Shown: positions 9,808 through 19,317 of the stretch, one piece after another
Position numbering within the stretch: position 1 is the stretch's first letter
Layout: the number at the start of each line of letters is the position of its first letter
DNA from: a virus
Length of the DNA: 64,000 nt
Reading direction: 5' to 3' (one strand)
Virus record (IMG/VR): IMGVR_UViG_3300048065_001264
Span: 13,815 to 77,814 of that record
The notes under the pieces: model-generated
Told to the model about the DNA's origin: nothing
The model's database searches: none
What the model saw: the letters and a program-made list of their open reading frames with translations, nothing else
Position numbers and translations under genes: made by a program

Positions 9808-11100
9808 TTAAACAATACCAGCAAGTTTCTTAAATCGGTCGGCAAGTTCATTGCCTTCTGATAAAATTTGCTTTGATGGTTTTGTTGATTTAATTGCCTT
9901 GGATGCAATTCCTTCTGATAATGTTTTTCTTGCTGATTTTGCTTTGCTTTCTGCAATCTTTGCAGGTTTTGCTTGCTTATCAACAGTAGAACGGAAGGAT
10001 TCTCCAAGAGTTGCATAGATTAATTTTGCTTCACGAACATTTTTCGTTAAGTCAAAACTTTCTACGACTTTTAGTTTTTGATCTTCGTTTAAAACAAACT
10101 CTTTAAACAATTTATTTGTATAAAGCAATTTTGCGTTAAGAAGATTTACTTCGTTTAATTTACCGCGCAACAGTTTGTAAACCTTGCGATATTCGTCATT
10201 TTCCTTTTGAAGCTTGTCGTTTGTAGTTTTAAGTTCTGCAAGTTCCTCTGAAGATTCATCATCAGATTCTAATTCTGTTGAGTCGTCTTCCAATTCTTTA
10301 AGAATTTCTTCAAGATTGATTTCCTCATCTTCAGATTCTTCGGTTTCTTCCTCTGCGTCTTCAACTGACTCTTCAACTGCTTCTTCTTCGGTATCGTCCG
10401 ATTCCTCGGACTCTTCTGATTCTTCAACAATCTCTAAATCAATTTCTTCGTCAATGTCAGCAACCTTTTCTTCTTCACCTTCTGTTCCTGGATCACCAGC
10501 AACGGTTTCGGTTTCTGGTGGAAGTTCTTCGTCGTCACTATCTGCGATATTGACGTGTTCGTCTCCACCTTTACCTAATTCAGATGAATCAGATTGCTCT
10601 TCTAATTCTTCTTCATCGTCTTCTGAACAAGATGCTTCTTCGATTTCATCTGAAGTATCTTCGTGTTCTCCTTCTTCCTCGGACAACTCGTTTTCTAGTT
10701 CTGCGATAATTGAATCAAGATCAAATGATTCTTCTTCAACTGCGTCTTCGTCTTCCTCGGCATAATCATCCTCCGCAAAATCAGCTTCTTCAGTTGGTTC
10801 TTCTTCAGTTGTTTCTTCTTCGGCATCGGGTTCTTCAACCGGTGCTTCGTCAGCAACTTCTACTTCATCGTTGTCATCTGCAACTTCCTCGTCCTCTTCG
10901 GAATAAGAACCTTCTTCGACTTCATCAGAAATTTCACCTTCTAATTCTTCACCTTCTAATTCTTCTTCTTTAAGTTTCTTGGTAAGCATACTTTGCAAAC
11001 GTGGTGCGAATGCTTCTTCAAGAGCAAGTCTTGCATTAGCAAGAGCTGTCTCACGAACTGCTTTCGCATCGGCAATAGCTTCTTTAAGTAATTTACTCAT
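9808..11100 (-). CDS. prohead core/scaffolding protein (gp22-like)
   Basis: Very acidic core, coiled-coil LNEVNLLNAKLLY, C-terminal RFKKLAGI; immediately upstream of the MCP gene. Confidence 0.85.
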   Translation of the reverse strand: MSKLLKEAIADAKAVRETALANARLALEEAFAPRLQSMLTKKLKEEELEGEELEGEISDEVEEGSYSEEDEEVADDNDEVEVADEAPVEEPDAEEETTEEEPTEEADFAEDDYAEEDEDAVEEESFDLDSIIAELENELSEEEGEHEDTSDEIEEASCSEDDEEELEEQSDSSELGKGGDEHVNIADSDDEELPPETETVAGDPGTEGEEEKVADIDEEIDLEIVEESEESEESDDTEEEAVEESVEDAEEETEESEDEEINLEEILKELEDDSTELESDDESSEELAELKTTNDKLQKENDEYRKVYKLLRGKLNEVNLLNAKLLYTNKLFKEFVLNEDQKLKVVESFDLTKNVREAKLIYATLGESFRSTVDKQAKPAKIAESKAKSARKTLSEGIASKAIKSTKPSKQILSEGNELADRFKKLAGIV

Positions 11101-11125
11101 GTTTATTTTTTCCTTATTACATATC

Positions 11126-11189
11126 TAAAGTCATTAGGGACTTTAACAATATTAAAACCTTTTTTAGTCTTGTTTCCAATAAAGTGGAA
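11126..11189 (-). promoter_or_regulatory. structured 5' leader of the scaffold-MCP transcript (two hairpins)
   Basis: TAAAGTC/GACTTTA (11126-11145) and TTCCA/TGGAA (11174-11189) inverted repeats between the ATATTTAT motif (11202-11209) and the RBS. Confidence 0.4.
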
Positions 11190-11248
11190 TCATTTTAATG
11201 AATAAATATATATCTAAATACAAAAATATTAAAAAAAAATTAAATTAT

Positions 11249-11280
11249 AAAAAAAAGAGGGAATAAATCCCTCTTTTTTT
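11249..11280. terminator. bidirectional intrinsic terminator
   Basis: A8-GAGGGA-ATAAA-TCCCTC-T7. Confidence 0.85.
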
Positions 11281-11305
11281 ACGAATCAATATAATTTAAA
11301 TTCTA

Positions 11306-12121
11306 TTATATAATCTTACGATTTCCTAAAATGCGATCAAGTTTTTCAGCAAGAGTTACTTTTTTCCAATCCTCGGAGACTTTATATGTTTTTCCGTCTA
11401 CCTCAAATTCTGTGTCTCCATCTTCTTTTGCTTTAGTAACAGCTGCACCAAATGCATTTCCTTCTTCTACATCGTCTTCAACTTCTTCATTTGTAAGTTC
11501 ACCTTCACCAGGGTCTTCACAATCTTTACAATCGGCTGCATCAACATGGTTTTCATTTTTACCAATGTCGGATGATTTTGATTGTTCTTTTACCTGATAT
11601 GTTTTTCCATCTACTTCAAATTCAGAGTCACCGTCTTCTTTTGCTTTAGTAACAGCTGCTCCAAATGCGTTTCCTTCTTCTACATCGGAATCGTCACCTA
11701 TAAACTCTTCGGTATCTTCACCTTCTTCAATAACTTTTTCTCTAAGTTGATATGTCTTGCCACCAACTTCAAATTCAGAGTCACCATTTTCACGGGCTGC
11801 TTTGACAGCTGCACCAAATGCATTTCCTTCATCAATGGATTCTTCTTCAGAATCATCATCAGAGTCTTCTTGCTTTCCCTGTTTCTTAAGAATTGCTTTC
11901 TTTAATGGTTCTGGTAGTTTTTCTTGAGCAGCTGTTAACCCTTCTTCAACTGCTTCGTCTGAATCATCATCAGACTCTTCTTGCTTTCCCTGTTTCTTAA
12001 GAATTGCTTTCTTTAATGGTTCTGGTAGTTTTTCTTGAGCAGCTGTTAAACCTTCAAACAAACCAAGTTCTTCTGCTACTTCTTGAATAATTTCTTTAAG
12101 TTCTGATTTTGTAATTTTCAT
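11306..12121 (-). CDS. acidic repeat-containing putative internal head protein
   Basis: N-terminal MKITKSELKEIIQEVAEE leader; 2x GLTAAQEKLPEPLKKAILKKQGKQE and 3x GNAFGAAV..A.E.GD.EFEV.GKTY repeats. Confidence 0.75.
   Translation of the reverse strand: MKITKSELKEIIQEVAEELGLFEGLTAAQEKLPEPLKKAILKKQGKQEESDDDSDEAVEEGLTAAQEKLPEPLKKAILKKQGKQEDSDDDSEEESIDEGNAFGAAVKAARENGDSEFEVGGKTYQLREKVIEEGEDTEEFIGDDSDVEEGNAFGAAVTKAKEDGDSEFEVDGKTYQVKEQSKSSDIGKNENHVDAADCKDCEDPGEGELTNEEVEDDVEEGNAFGAAVTKAKEDGDTEFEVDGKTYKVSEDWKKVTLAEKLDRILGNRKII
11850..12055. repeat. 95-bp direct repeat (11850-11944 and 11961-12055), 2 mismatches
   Basis: Direct sequence comparison; encodes the duplicated GLTAAQEKL... peptide. Confidence 0.9.
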
Positions 12122-12136
12122 GGTAAATTTATTTCC

Positions 12137-12877
12137 TTATAAAAACATTTGGTGTCCTGATACTATTCTTTGCATATTTTCAAATGCCGATCCTGTTTTA
12201 AATGATTTTTTTCCACATTTTGTTTCTGCCTCATTAACCGAATCTTGTGTAACTACTTTATTTTCAAAAAATCTTTGTGAAAGTAATTTAGTTGTATACC
12301 CAAGTTCTGTCTCTGTCAAGTTTTCCATTTTCTTTTGACGACAGGCCTGTTTTACAAGATATTCAAACAATCTTGTAAATTGAGTTTTATCGTACATTTT
12401 ATCTTGAATCTCATTTGTAATTTTTTCAAATATCATATTAGTTTTATCTCTACAAAAAGACTCATTTGTATAAATGAACTCAATTAAGTTTTCGGCATTT
12501 TCGGTATCCACCTCTGTGAGAACTTTATCGTTAGTTCCACATATACGTGAAAGTTGCTCTCTTGCCGACATATTAGTTTCCATCAATTCTCCGTAAAATT
12601 CTGGATTAGGTTGAAATTCATACGATGTCCATTCATTTATATAATGTCCACCAAAGTGAGAAGTCTCCTCAAATTTAAATGATAAATTGTTTTGAATTGC
12701 ATATTCGTTTGCGTCTTGGATTGTCCCCTCACACACGCACTCTCGTTCAATTCCACGAAAACTTATATTTTTTTTAACAAGTTTACCATGTACACTTGGT
12801 ATAGTTTTTACTTTTTCAAGTAAAACTTTTGTAATAAAATTTTTAAGATTGCGTTTGTCCATTTGTGATTTCTCCAT
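12137..12877 (-). CDS. hypothetical protein (head cluster)
   Basis: 246-aa ORF; LKNFITKVLLE leader; true start may be a few codons downstream. Confidence 0.65.
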   Translation of the reverse strand: MEKSQMDKRNLKNFITKVLLEKVKTIPSVHGKLVKKNISFRGIERECVCEGTIQDANEYAIQNNLSFKFEETSHFGGHYINEWTSYEFQPNPEFYGELMETNMSAREQLSRICGTNDKVLTEVDTENAENLIEFIYTNESFCRDKTNMIFEKITNEIQDKMYDKTQFTRLFEYLVKQACRQKKMENLTETELGYTTKLLSQRFFENKVVTQDSVNEAETKCGKKSFKTGSAFENMQRIVSGHQMFL

Positions 12878-13307
12878 TTATTTCAAAATATCTGTTTAAT
12901 ATATTTCCCATATCTTCGTATAAACTTTGCATTCTCTGTGTATATACTTGTCGTTCGTTTGCAGTTTTGTAAAACTCTTTGGCCAATGTTTTAATTTCCT
13001 TTAAATTTCTTTTTACACTAATCGCATCAAACCAATCATCAGTTTCGTTTAATATATACTTTGATGCATTTTCAACGATATTACAAATATCTTGTGCAAC
13101 GTCCATATCCTTAGCCTCCAATGCAATAAACTTTTGATACTTTCCAAATTTAGAGATTTTTTCAGAAGCAATTTTCTTTTGTTCAGATGTAAGACCTTCG
13201 TCTGAGAATCTATTAGTGTCTGCATTGAACTCATTTATTTGCTTTGCGTTTTCTTCTCGCAAAACTTCCAAAATTACTTTTTTAATTTCTGTTTTACTAA
13301 TACTCAT
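12843..13307 (-). CDS. hypothetical head-cluster protein
   Basis: DDWFDAISVKRNLKEI..LYEDMGNILNRYFEI; coupled to the protease gene. Confidence 0.75.
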   Translation of the reverse strand: MSISKTEIKKVILEVLREENAKQINEFNADTNRFSDEGLTSEQKKIASEKISKFGKYQKFIALEAKDMDVAQDICNIVENASKYILNETDDWFDAISVKRNLKEIKTLAKEFYKTANERQVYTQRMQSLYEDMGNILNRYFEINGEITNGQTQS

Positions 13308-13936
13308 TTTCCGTCTCCGAATTCACCTAAGATTTCATGTATTATAGACTCCACCGCACAGAATTTTGTACAGACACGATTTTCTGATGTGTTTATCTTA
13401 GATAAATCTACTGATTCATTTAAATTTACAGGTTCGAGAAATGCACCTCGTGTGGATGGGTTACTAACGAAATCAAATGCGACCAATTCAAAGTCATCAT
13501 TTACCAGTGTCGTTCCTTCATGTTCACGGGTTGTTCCCATTCCACGTGAACTTATTCCAAGTGTAATTCCACCCTTGAAAAGTTCTTTTAAAATATTACC
13601 AGCAGGAGTTCCAAGTATTTCTACATCACCCAAGAGATTATCACCTTCCCACCACATCTTTGTAACATTGTGACTTACATTTTGTAAATTGACTACACTA
13701 CTCTCTGGATGATCTAACTCTCCCAATGCTCGTCTGTCGTTTATCATTTCTTGATATTTACCTGCCTCCCGTTCTAGCAAAGGACGAGAATACACTCTCC
13801 CATTTTGGTTCTGCTCGGTTGCTTTTTGCAAAATACCTCTTACCAATAGTTTACCTGAATTTTTTTCTATGCTTTCACTTATTTGTTCAGGACTAAACTC
13901 AAAGGGCATTGTAGATACTATTAATTTTTTTGCCAT
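13304..13936 (-). CDS. gp21: prohead core protease (gp21-like)
   Basis: NQNGRVY, ALGELDHP (catalytic His), GISSRGMG (catalytic Ser), DFVSNPS. Confidence 0.95.
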   Translation of the reverse strand: MAKKLIVSTMPFEFSPEQISESIEKNSGKLLVRGILQKATEQNQNGRVYSRPLLEREAGKYQEMINDRRALGELDHPESSVVNLQNVSHNVTKMWWEGDNLLGDVEILGTPAGNILKELFKGGITLGISSRGMGTTREHEGTTLVNDDFELVAFDFVSNPSTRGAFLEPVNLNESVDLSKINTSENRVCTKFCAVESIIHEILGEFGDGK

Positions 13937-13991
13937 ACTAATAGATAAGTATATATGTATCTGTATTTATTTCTATTTTTTCTATTACAAG

Positions 13992-14909
13992 TTAAGTTAA
14001 ACTTAATTTATAGTTTTTTATTAAATTTTCGTTTGAATTGTTAATCAAATTAACAAATCGTTCCACAACTTCATTCAAATCATGGATACCTCCAAGTTCA
14101 AACACATAATTATCGGACTTTAAATAGAATTTCGTGTTCTCAAAAGTTAAATTGTAATTATCATTTTTAAAGTTCGAATTAAGTTCAAAACCAGTATCAC
14201 TTATAATTGGTTTTTCTAAATTTAATAAATTGGTTTCATTTAACAATATTGTTAAATGGTTTACAATATCATTTATTTCGTCTGTTGGAACTTTTTCAGG
14301 TAAGTCGGTATGTTTTGTTTTAGCAAGTTTTTTTACATCTTTTTGTTTCATGTCACTTGCAATTTTTTTTATTTTATCAAACAACTCATCATCTATTTCA
14401 GATTTTTTTAAATCTCCGTTATTATAGGCATAAACCATACCAAATAATCTTTGTTGAGACTTGGACTGCGATTGTTCTTTTACAGACTCGTTTGGTTCTT
14501 TTTTTGTATCAGTTTCTTCTTTTTCTGCTTCTTCCTTTTCTTTTTCTGCTTCTTCCTTTTCCTTTTCTGCTTCTTCCTTTTCTTCTTCTGCTTCGGCCTC
14601 TTTGTTATCAAGTTGCTGATCACCATCTCTGGTATCACCCATAGGAGTTATATTTAATTCAGAATCCGATACATTATCATCATCCAAGTCAATTCCCAGC
14701 TCAATCATTGCTATACCAAGTTTAGACTTTTTAAGCAACTCTTCAATTCCAATCCAATATGTTTCTGGAATTGTTTTTCCATCTTGGGTTTTTTTGAATT
14801 CAGCAACCGATGTTGCTAGATTTTTTAAATTTTTTTTAAAATTGATGAAAACAGGATTGTCTTCATCCAACTCTGTTATCGCATTTTCCTGTTTACAACT
14901 ACACGTCAT
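13992..14909 (-). CDS. hypothetical protein with EAEKEKE repeats and a DUF3008-like motif
   Basis: SKSQQRLFGMV...MKQKDVKKLAKTKHTDLPEKV; likely start ATG at 14909 (ORF track start 14936). Confidence 0.65.
   Translation of the reverse strand: MTCSCKQENAITELDEDNPVFINFKKNLKNLATSVAEFKKTQDGKTIPETYWIGIEELLKKSKLGIAMIELGIDLDDDNVSDSELNITPMGDTRDGDQQLDNKEAEAEEEKEEAEKEKEEAEKEKEEAEKEETDTKKEPNESVKEQSQSKSQQRLFGMVYAYNNGDLKKSEIDDELFDKIKKIASDMKQKDVKKLAKTKHTDLPEKVPTDEINDIVNHLTILLNETNLLNLEKPIISDTGFELNSNFKNDNYNLTFENTKFYLKSDNYVFELGGIHDLNEVVERFVNLINNSNENLIKNYKLSLT
14517..14595. repeat. 21-bp tandem repeat, about 3.5 copies (EEAEKEK)
   Basis: ttttctgcttcttccttttc-type units. Confidence 0.75.
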
Positions 14910-15309
14910 TGCTAGACTCCAATAATTTACTAACACACCCTACATTCACACGCATAAGTGCTTGATTTAAACGCATAATTGACTTTTTGACTTCCATTAT
15001 ACATTCATTTAAACTTTCTAGTTCAACACTATTTAATAAATTTGATGTATTTAAGTTAAAATTAGCAGAATACTTACCCTCTATATTCTTTTTTATTCTA
15101 AGAGTTACATCAACACTATTAATAGTTTGTTTCCACTCAGCACCCAATTTAGTTGCAACCCAACCACTCCCAAACAAATTAGCAAGTGCTTTGTTTTCAG
15201 TTAGACTCACATCTGAAATTTTTTTGGTTTTTGATTTTTTTCCTAAAAAATTAATTTTACTAAATAAACCAAAAGACGATTCAACTTCTTTTCTTTGGTA
15301 ATTTTTCAT
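14899..15309 (-). CDS. hypothetical protein
   Basis: 136-aa ORF tightly packed in the operon. Confidence 0.6.
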   Translation of the reverse strand: MKNYQRKEVESSFGLFSKINFLGKKSKTKKISDVSLTENKALANLFGSGWVATKLGAEWKQTINSVDVTLRIKKNIEGKYSANFNLNTSNLLNSVELESLNECIMEVKKSIMRLNQALMRVNVGCVSKLLESSNDV

Positions 15310-15310
15310 T

Positions 15311-15841
15311 TTACCTTATGTTTCTTAACTTTTCAGAAATCTTTTTCATTTTTAAATCTGCTTTATCCAAAAATCTGTTTGTAGTCCTCCAACAATTTTT
15401 GCTATTTATATTTGACTCTGTTTTAAATCTACCTGTAATACCCAATAATAAATTTATTTCATCAAGCATCTTATTTACTTTTCTTACTGCCACACCGACT
15501 TTTTGAACATTTGACATATCAGGATGATCTCTGAATACATGGTATAAACTCTTTCCCTCTTTTATGGTGTTATTTTTAAAATTAGTTGTTGTTTTATAGT
15601 CGAACACTTCAGCGGTGTCTTTGATATTATCAGAATGTTCATCTTCATCATCATTTTTATTAAAAGCAAATGGTGTTTGATAACCATCTATATTTGATGT
15701 TGTGTTTATTTCATCAACCTTTTCACAATCACATGGATCGTTTCCACAACTATCACAACACTCTTCTTCTAATATCTCTTCTAATTGCTTTCGTATTAAA
15801 TTGCGTAACTTACTGAGATTATCGTTCTTCATGCTTCTCAA
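15311..15841 (-). CDS. hypothetical head-cluster protein
   Basis: LRNLIRKQLEEILEE leader, Cys-rich CCDSCGNDPCDC, GYQTPFAF motif. Confidence 0.7.
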   Translation of the reverse strand: MRSMKNDNLSKLRNLIRKQLEEILEEECCDSCGNDPCDCEKVDEINTTSNIDGYQTPFAFNKNDDEDEHSDNIKDTAEVFDYKTTTNFKNNTIKEGKSLYHVFRDHPDMSNVQKVGVAVRKVNKMLDEINLLLGITGRFKTESNINSKNCWRTTNRFLDKADLKMKKISEKLRNIR

Positions 15842-16679
15842 GTTCCTTTATCAGTTCATAACTCATCAATAAAGTAGAAACTTGTGAATCTCTAACAACA
15901 CGACCTTCTCTTATTTTGTCAAGTTGAGATATAACTTCATCTAATTTTATTTTTACAACTTCATCATCCACTACACTTGATGACAATTTATTTATTTTTT
16001 CTTTTACAACTGGTATTTGATTATTAATATACTCTCTTAAACTATTTGTATTAGAAACATTGTTGATATAACTTTTAAGAAGTTTTTGTTGATCTTCATT
16101 TAAATCACTATACTTTTGATTGAATTTATCTACGAGTAATTTATATGTTATTAGTCTTAAATCTTCGGTGTGCTTTACGAAATTCTCAGTTTGCTCTTCT
16201 TTTGAAACTTTTTTATTGCATAGTCCTTCTATTACTGTGTTTTTTGAACTATGAATTTCTTTCGGATCACAATATGTATCTGCTTTTTCGTTTTCAAAGA
16301 GTTTGTATATACTTGCATAGGTCTTGTAATTACGAATTTTCGAACGCAAAAAGTCATTTATTGGATATGAATCTTTCATTTCTTTGACTAACTCATATCT
16401 AAGTTTTGATAATTTTTTTGAATCAAGTTTACGGTGTGACTTGATAACAGCATCAATTAAACGTTCGGCATCAGGTAAATCACCAGCAGTTTCTTCAAGA
16501 AGTAATTGGTATAGTCTTTGCTCCTTTCCAAGTGAAGTATTTTCTGCGAAATATTTACGCATCAAATTATTTGCTTTTGATGTGGCATTGTCGTCCAGAA
16601 TATCAGCAGTAATCTGCCTTACAAGTAATTCGAAAAGAATTCCTGTATTCTTAAATTTGCTATGTTTTAGTTTTTTCAC
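15819..16679 (-). CDS. helical protein downstream of the portal gene (putative prohead assembly factor)
   Basis: KHSKFKNTGILFELLVRQITAD N-terminus; GTG start; position between portal and protease genes. Confidence 0.75.
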   Translation of the reverse strand: MKKLKHSKFKNTGILFELLVRQITADILDDNATSKANNLMRKYFAENTSLGKEQRLYQLLLEETAGDLPDAERLIDAVIKSHRKLDSKKLSKLRYELVKEMKDSYPINDFLRSKIRNYKTYASIYKLFENEKADTYCDPKEIHSSKNTVIEGLCNKKVSKEEQTENFVKHTEDLRLITYKLLVDKFNQKYSDLNEDQQKLLKSYINNVSNTNSLREYINNQIPVVKEKINKLSSSVVDDEVVKIKLDEVISQLDKIREGRVVRDSQVSTLLMSYELIKELEKHEER

Positions 16680-16753
16680 GTGAATGTTAACAAATATATA
16701 TGTTCATAAATATAAGTATAAATATAATTTATCTTCTAATAATTCAAAAAAAT

Positions 16754-18643
16754 TTAAGAGTCTATCAAGTTATCCTCATTTAAAAAGTTTGATTCTGTAT
16801 TATTTTTAGTTGAGTTTGCATCATTTTTGCTTTTATCTTTTACTACATTTTCAGTTTTCTCTACTAAAATTTTCTTTTCTTCACTAATTTTTATTTGAGA
16901 CTTCTTTGACTGCAAAAACTTGTTTAAGTTTTCAAAATCATGTTCTAGTTTCAATGGACTGTCTCCCCAATCACGACCACTCACTCGTCTTTCACCCGCA
17001 CCAAGGGGGTCTCTTCCCATTGGTTTATTATCAGGATGGTCATACTTTTTATTAGCATTTTTTCGTTTCTTTTCTTCCTTTTTTCGTTTTTTTAATAACT
17101 CTTCTTTTTCTTGATCTGAAATATTATTATCAAACTCACCAAACCCCCACGAATCACCGTCAGACTCATCCCCATCAGGTTGTGCATTAGGATCAGCGGG
17201 GTCAGCTCCCTCATTTTGAATAGTCTCAAGTCTGTAATATTCTTTTGCATCATTAACGAAATCTTCACGAACTCCTTTATATTCATCTTCAGATAAACCA
17301 AATATTTTGTCATACACCCAATTTTTAGAAAACATTTTTGCATCAACCATATCACGAGCCGTGCTTAATTTTTCGGAAAGTATTCTTACTCGTTCCTCTT
17401 CAAATATTGTTGATGGATTTGTTAATTGCAATCCAAAATTAACTAAATTTGCATCGGTATAACCCTGTGAGTATAAATGTACAATTGCTATCTTAGTCAA
17501 CTCACTTATTAAAATTCTTTGTACACGTTCAATTGTTCTTGCGAACCGTATATCTTCAGCTGCTAAAGTTGCCTTGCCTGTTATTCCTTCTTCGTATCCA
17601 AGAAATGCTTTTGGAATTTTAAGTGCAGCCATCATTTTATTTTTTACATACTCAATATCTTCTGTTCCGTCATATGTCATTGCACCTAAATTTTCAATAC
17701 GAGTACCACTATCACCACCACGAACAGGCATAAAAAAGTCTTCTGTCATATTTTGTAGATTAAACTTCAAATTATAGTCACCTGTTTTTTCATCCACAAA
17801 TGGAACTTTTTTCATTTTATTAATAACTTTTTGCATAAAGTTATCAACTTCATTTGGTGGAATATTACCAATATCAATATAAAACATCCTTTTTTCAGGA
17901 GCCCTCATCACCCGATGAATTAGCATGGCATCTTCCATAAGTTGCAATTGCTTCCAAACTCTTCTTGCAGGTTCAATCATACTTTTACCATAAGGTAAAA
18001 AATTACTATCCCCAAGCATTCTGAAGTGTGCTATTTCAAAGTTGTCGTAGTCTGCTCGTATTTCACCTTCCTGTTTAAAACATACATACGAAGGATTTGT
18101 TGGGTCTAAATCTTCAACCCGTGTCATTTCATATGTAGAAATTGGTTTTACATTCATGATACCATAGTCTGGTTCAATCTCAAGATGTAAATAAAAATCT
18201 CCATACTTGCACATATTACGAGTCCAACTCCACAAGTTAAACTCAATATTTAGAATGTCATAAAAAAGATTTTCCAATATACCTTTTATATTAGAATCTT
18301 CACTTGTTATTTTTAAAACTTCCCCAAATTCACTTCGTGTTGTGCACTCGTCTGAATAAATATCCAATGCACTTGCGATAATTGGATCATTTTCCATGAT
18401 GTCGTAATCACTAAATAACTCTAATCTATGCGTTTGATACCCAATGTTATTGTATTGACTTGTATAATCTGAATATAATGTATGCATACGATTAAATCTA
18501 TCACGCAATCTTGTATTTCGTTGAAAGTCATCGGTATCCGCAACTTTGAGTTTCCTACCCCCAACATTACGCACAATAACATTTGTGGAAAACATTTTAC
18601 GTAAACCACTTACAAGTTTTTTATATTTGGAATCTTCAGCCAT
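16754..18643 (-). CDS. gp20: portal protein (gp20-like)
   Basis: KQLQLMEDAMLIHRVMRAPEKRMFYIDIGN, EDFFMPVRGG, EDIRFART. Confidence 0.96.
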   Translation of the reverse strand: MAEDSKYKKLVSGLRKMFSTNVIVRNVGGRKLKVADTDDFQRNTRLRDRFNRMHTLYSDYTSQYNNIGYQTHRLELFSDYDIMENDPIIASALDIYSDECTTRSEFGEVLKITSEDSNIKGILENLFYDILNIEFNLWSWTRNMCKYGDFYLHLEIEPDYGIMNVKPISTYEMTRVEDLDPTNPSYVCFKQEGEIRADYDNFEIAHFRMLGDSNFLPYGKSMIEPARRVWKQLQLMEDAMLIHRVMRAPEKRMFYIDIGNIPPNEVDNFMQKVINKMKKVPFVDEKTGDYNLKFNLQNMTEDFFMPVRGGDSGTRIENLGAMTYDGTEDIEYVKNKMMAALKIPKAFLGYEEGITGKATLAAEDIRFARTIERVQRILISELTKIAIVHLYSQGYTDANLVNFGLQLTNPSTIFEEERVRILSEKLSTARDMVDAKMFSKNWVYDKIFGLSEDEYKGVREDFVNDAKEYYRLETIQNEGADPADPNAQPDGDESDGDSWGFGEFDNNISDQEKEELLKKRKKEEKKRKNANKKYDHPDNKPMGRDPLGAGERRVSGRDWGDSPLKLEHDFENLNKFLQSKKSQIKISEEKKILVEKTENVVKDKSKNDANSTKNNTESNFLNEDNLIDS

Positions 18644-18650
18644 AACCCTT

Positions 18651-18679
18651 ATACTATTTTATATATACATATATGTCAA
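18651..18679 (-). promoter_or_regulatory. sigma70-like promoter of the portal gene
   Basis: TTGACA-17 nt-TAGTAT, 7 nt upstream of ATG 18643. Confidence 0.6.
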
Positions 18680-18690
18680 TCTAATATATA

Positions 18691-19296
18691 TTACTTTAAA
18701 TCACTCGCAGCTCCTATAATATCACCTCCGTCAAATCCTTGAAATGGGCCAAGTGGGTTGCGTTCTCTTTTTAATGTGTCAATATTTTTTTCTCCGGAAT
18801 ACAATACATATTCCACAGTATCATCCACTATTAATATTAATACACTTATTTTCCATCCAGTTGTGTGTACATTTTTTCTAAAGTTTAGTATATCTAAAAT
18901 AACACTTCCTTCTCTTTGGTTTTTTATTCTTTCCAAATTTATTTCATATGCAAGTCCATTTTCTCTAGCCGCTAATGTTTTTAAAACACCTGACGGAAGT
19001 TCTATTTTGTTAAATAATGTATATCTTGATGGACTATCTAATTTGAATTTACTCATTACATCAAGATAAGTAAGTCTTTTTACATTTGGAATATTTTCCA
19101 AGTCTAGTCCCATTTTTACTAAATCAGAATATTTAGTTTTTCCTACAATTATATTCTCAACTACCCCCTTAACTTGAGTATATGTTTCAAATGATGATTC
19201 GGTATATACCCCTTGGGTTGGTAATAATGATTGGGTTGCACAACCTCCGGTAAATAGTAATCCCATTGATATGAGTATATTTTGCGTTATCTTCAT
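18691..19296 (-). CDS. putative lipoprotein
   Basis: Signal peptide with lipobox-like LFTGG|C; GGAG RBS; bacterial-looking C-terminal R...NPLGPFQ. Confidence 0.75.
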   Translation of the reverse strand: MKITQNILISMGLLFTGGCATQSLLPTQGVYTESSFETYTQVKGVVENIIVGKTKYSDLVKMGLDLENIPNVKRLTYLDVMSKFKLDSPSRYTLFNKIELPSGVLKTLAARENGLAYEINLERIKNQREGSVILDILNFRKNVHTTGWKISVLILIVDDTVEYVLYSGEKNIDTLKRERNPLGPFQGFDGGDIIGAASDLK

Positions 19297-19317
19297 TTGT
19301 TTCTCCGTTTTATATTG

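Noticed and set aside
10214-10765. Plus-strand Ser-rich 183-aa ORF, and the other plus-strand ORFs in the track
   Set aside because: Antisense shadows of Glu/Asp-rich minus-strand genes; no RBS, promoter or recognisable motifs
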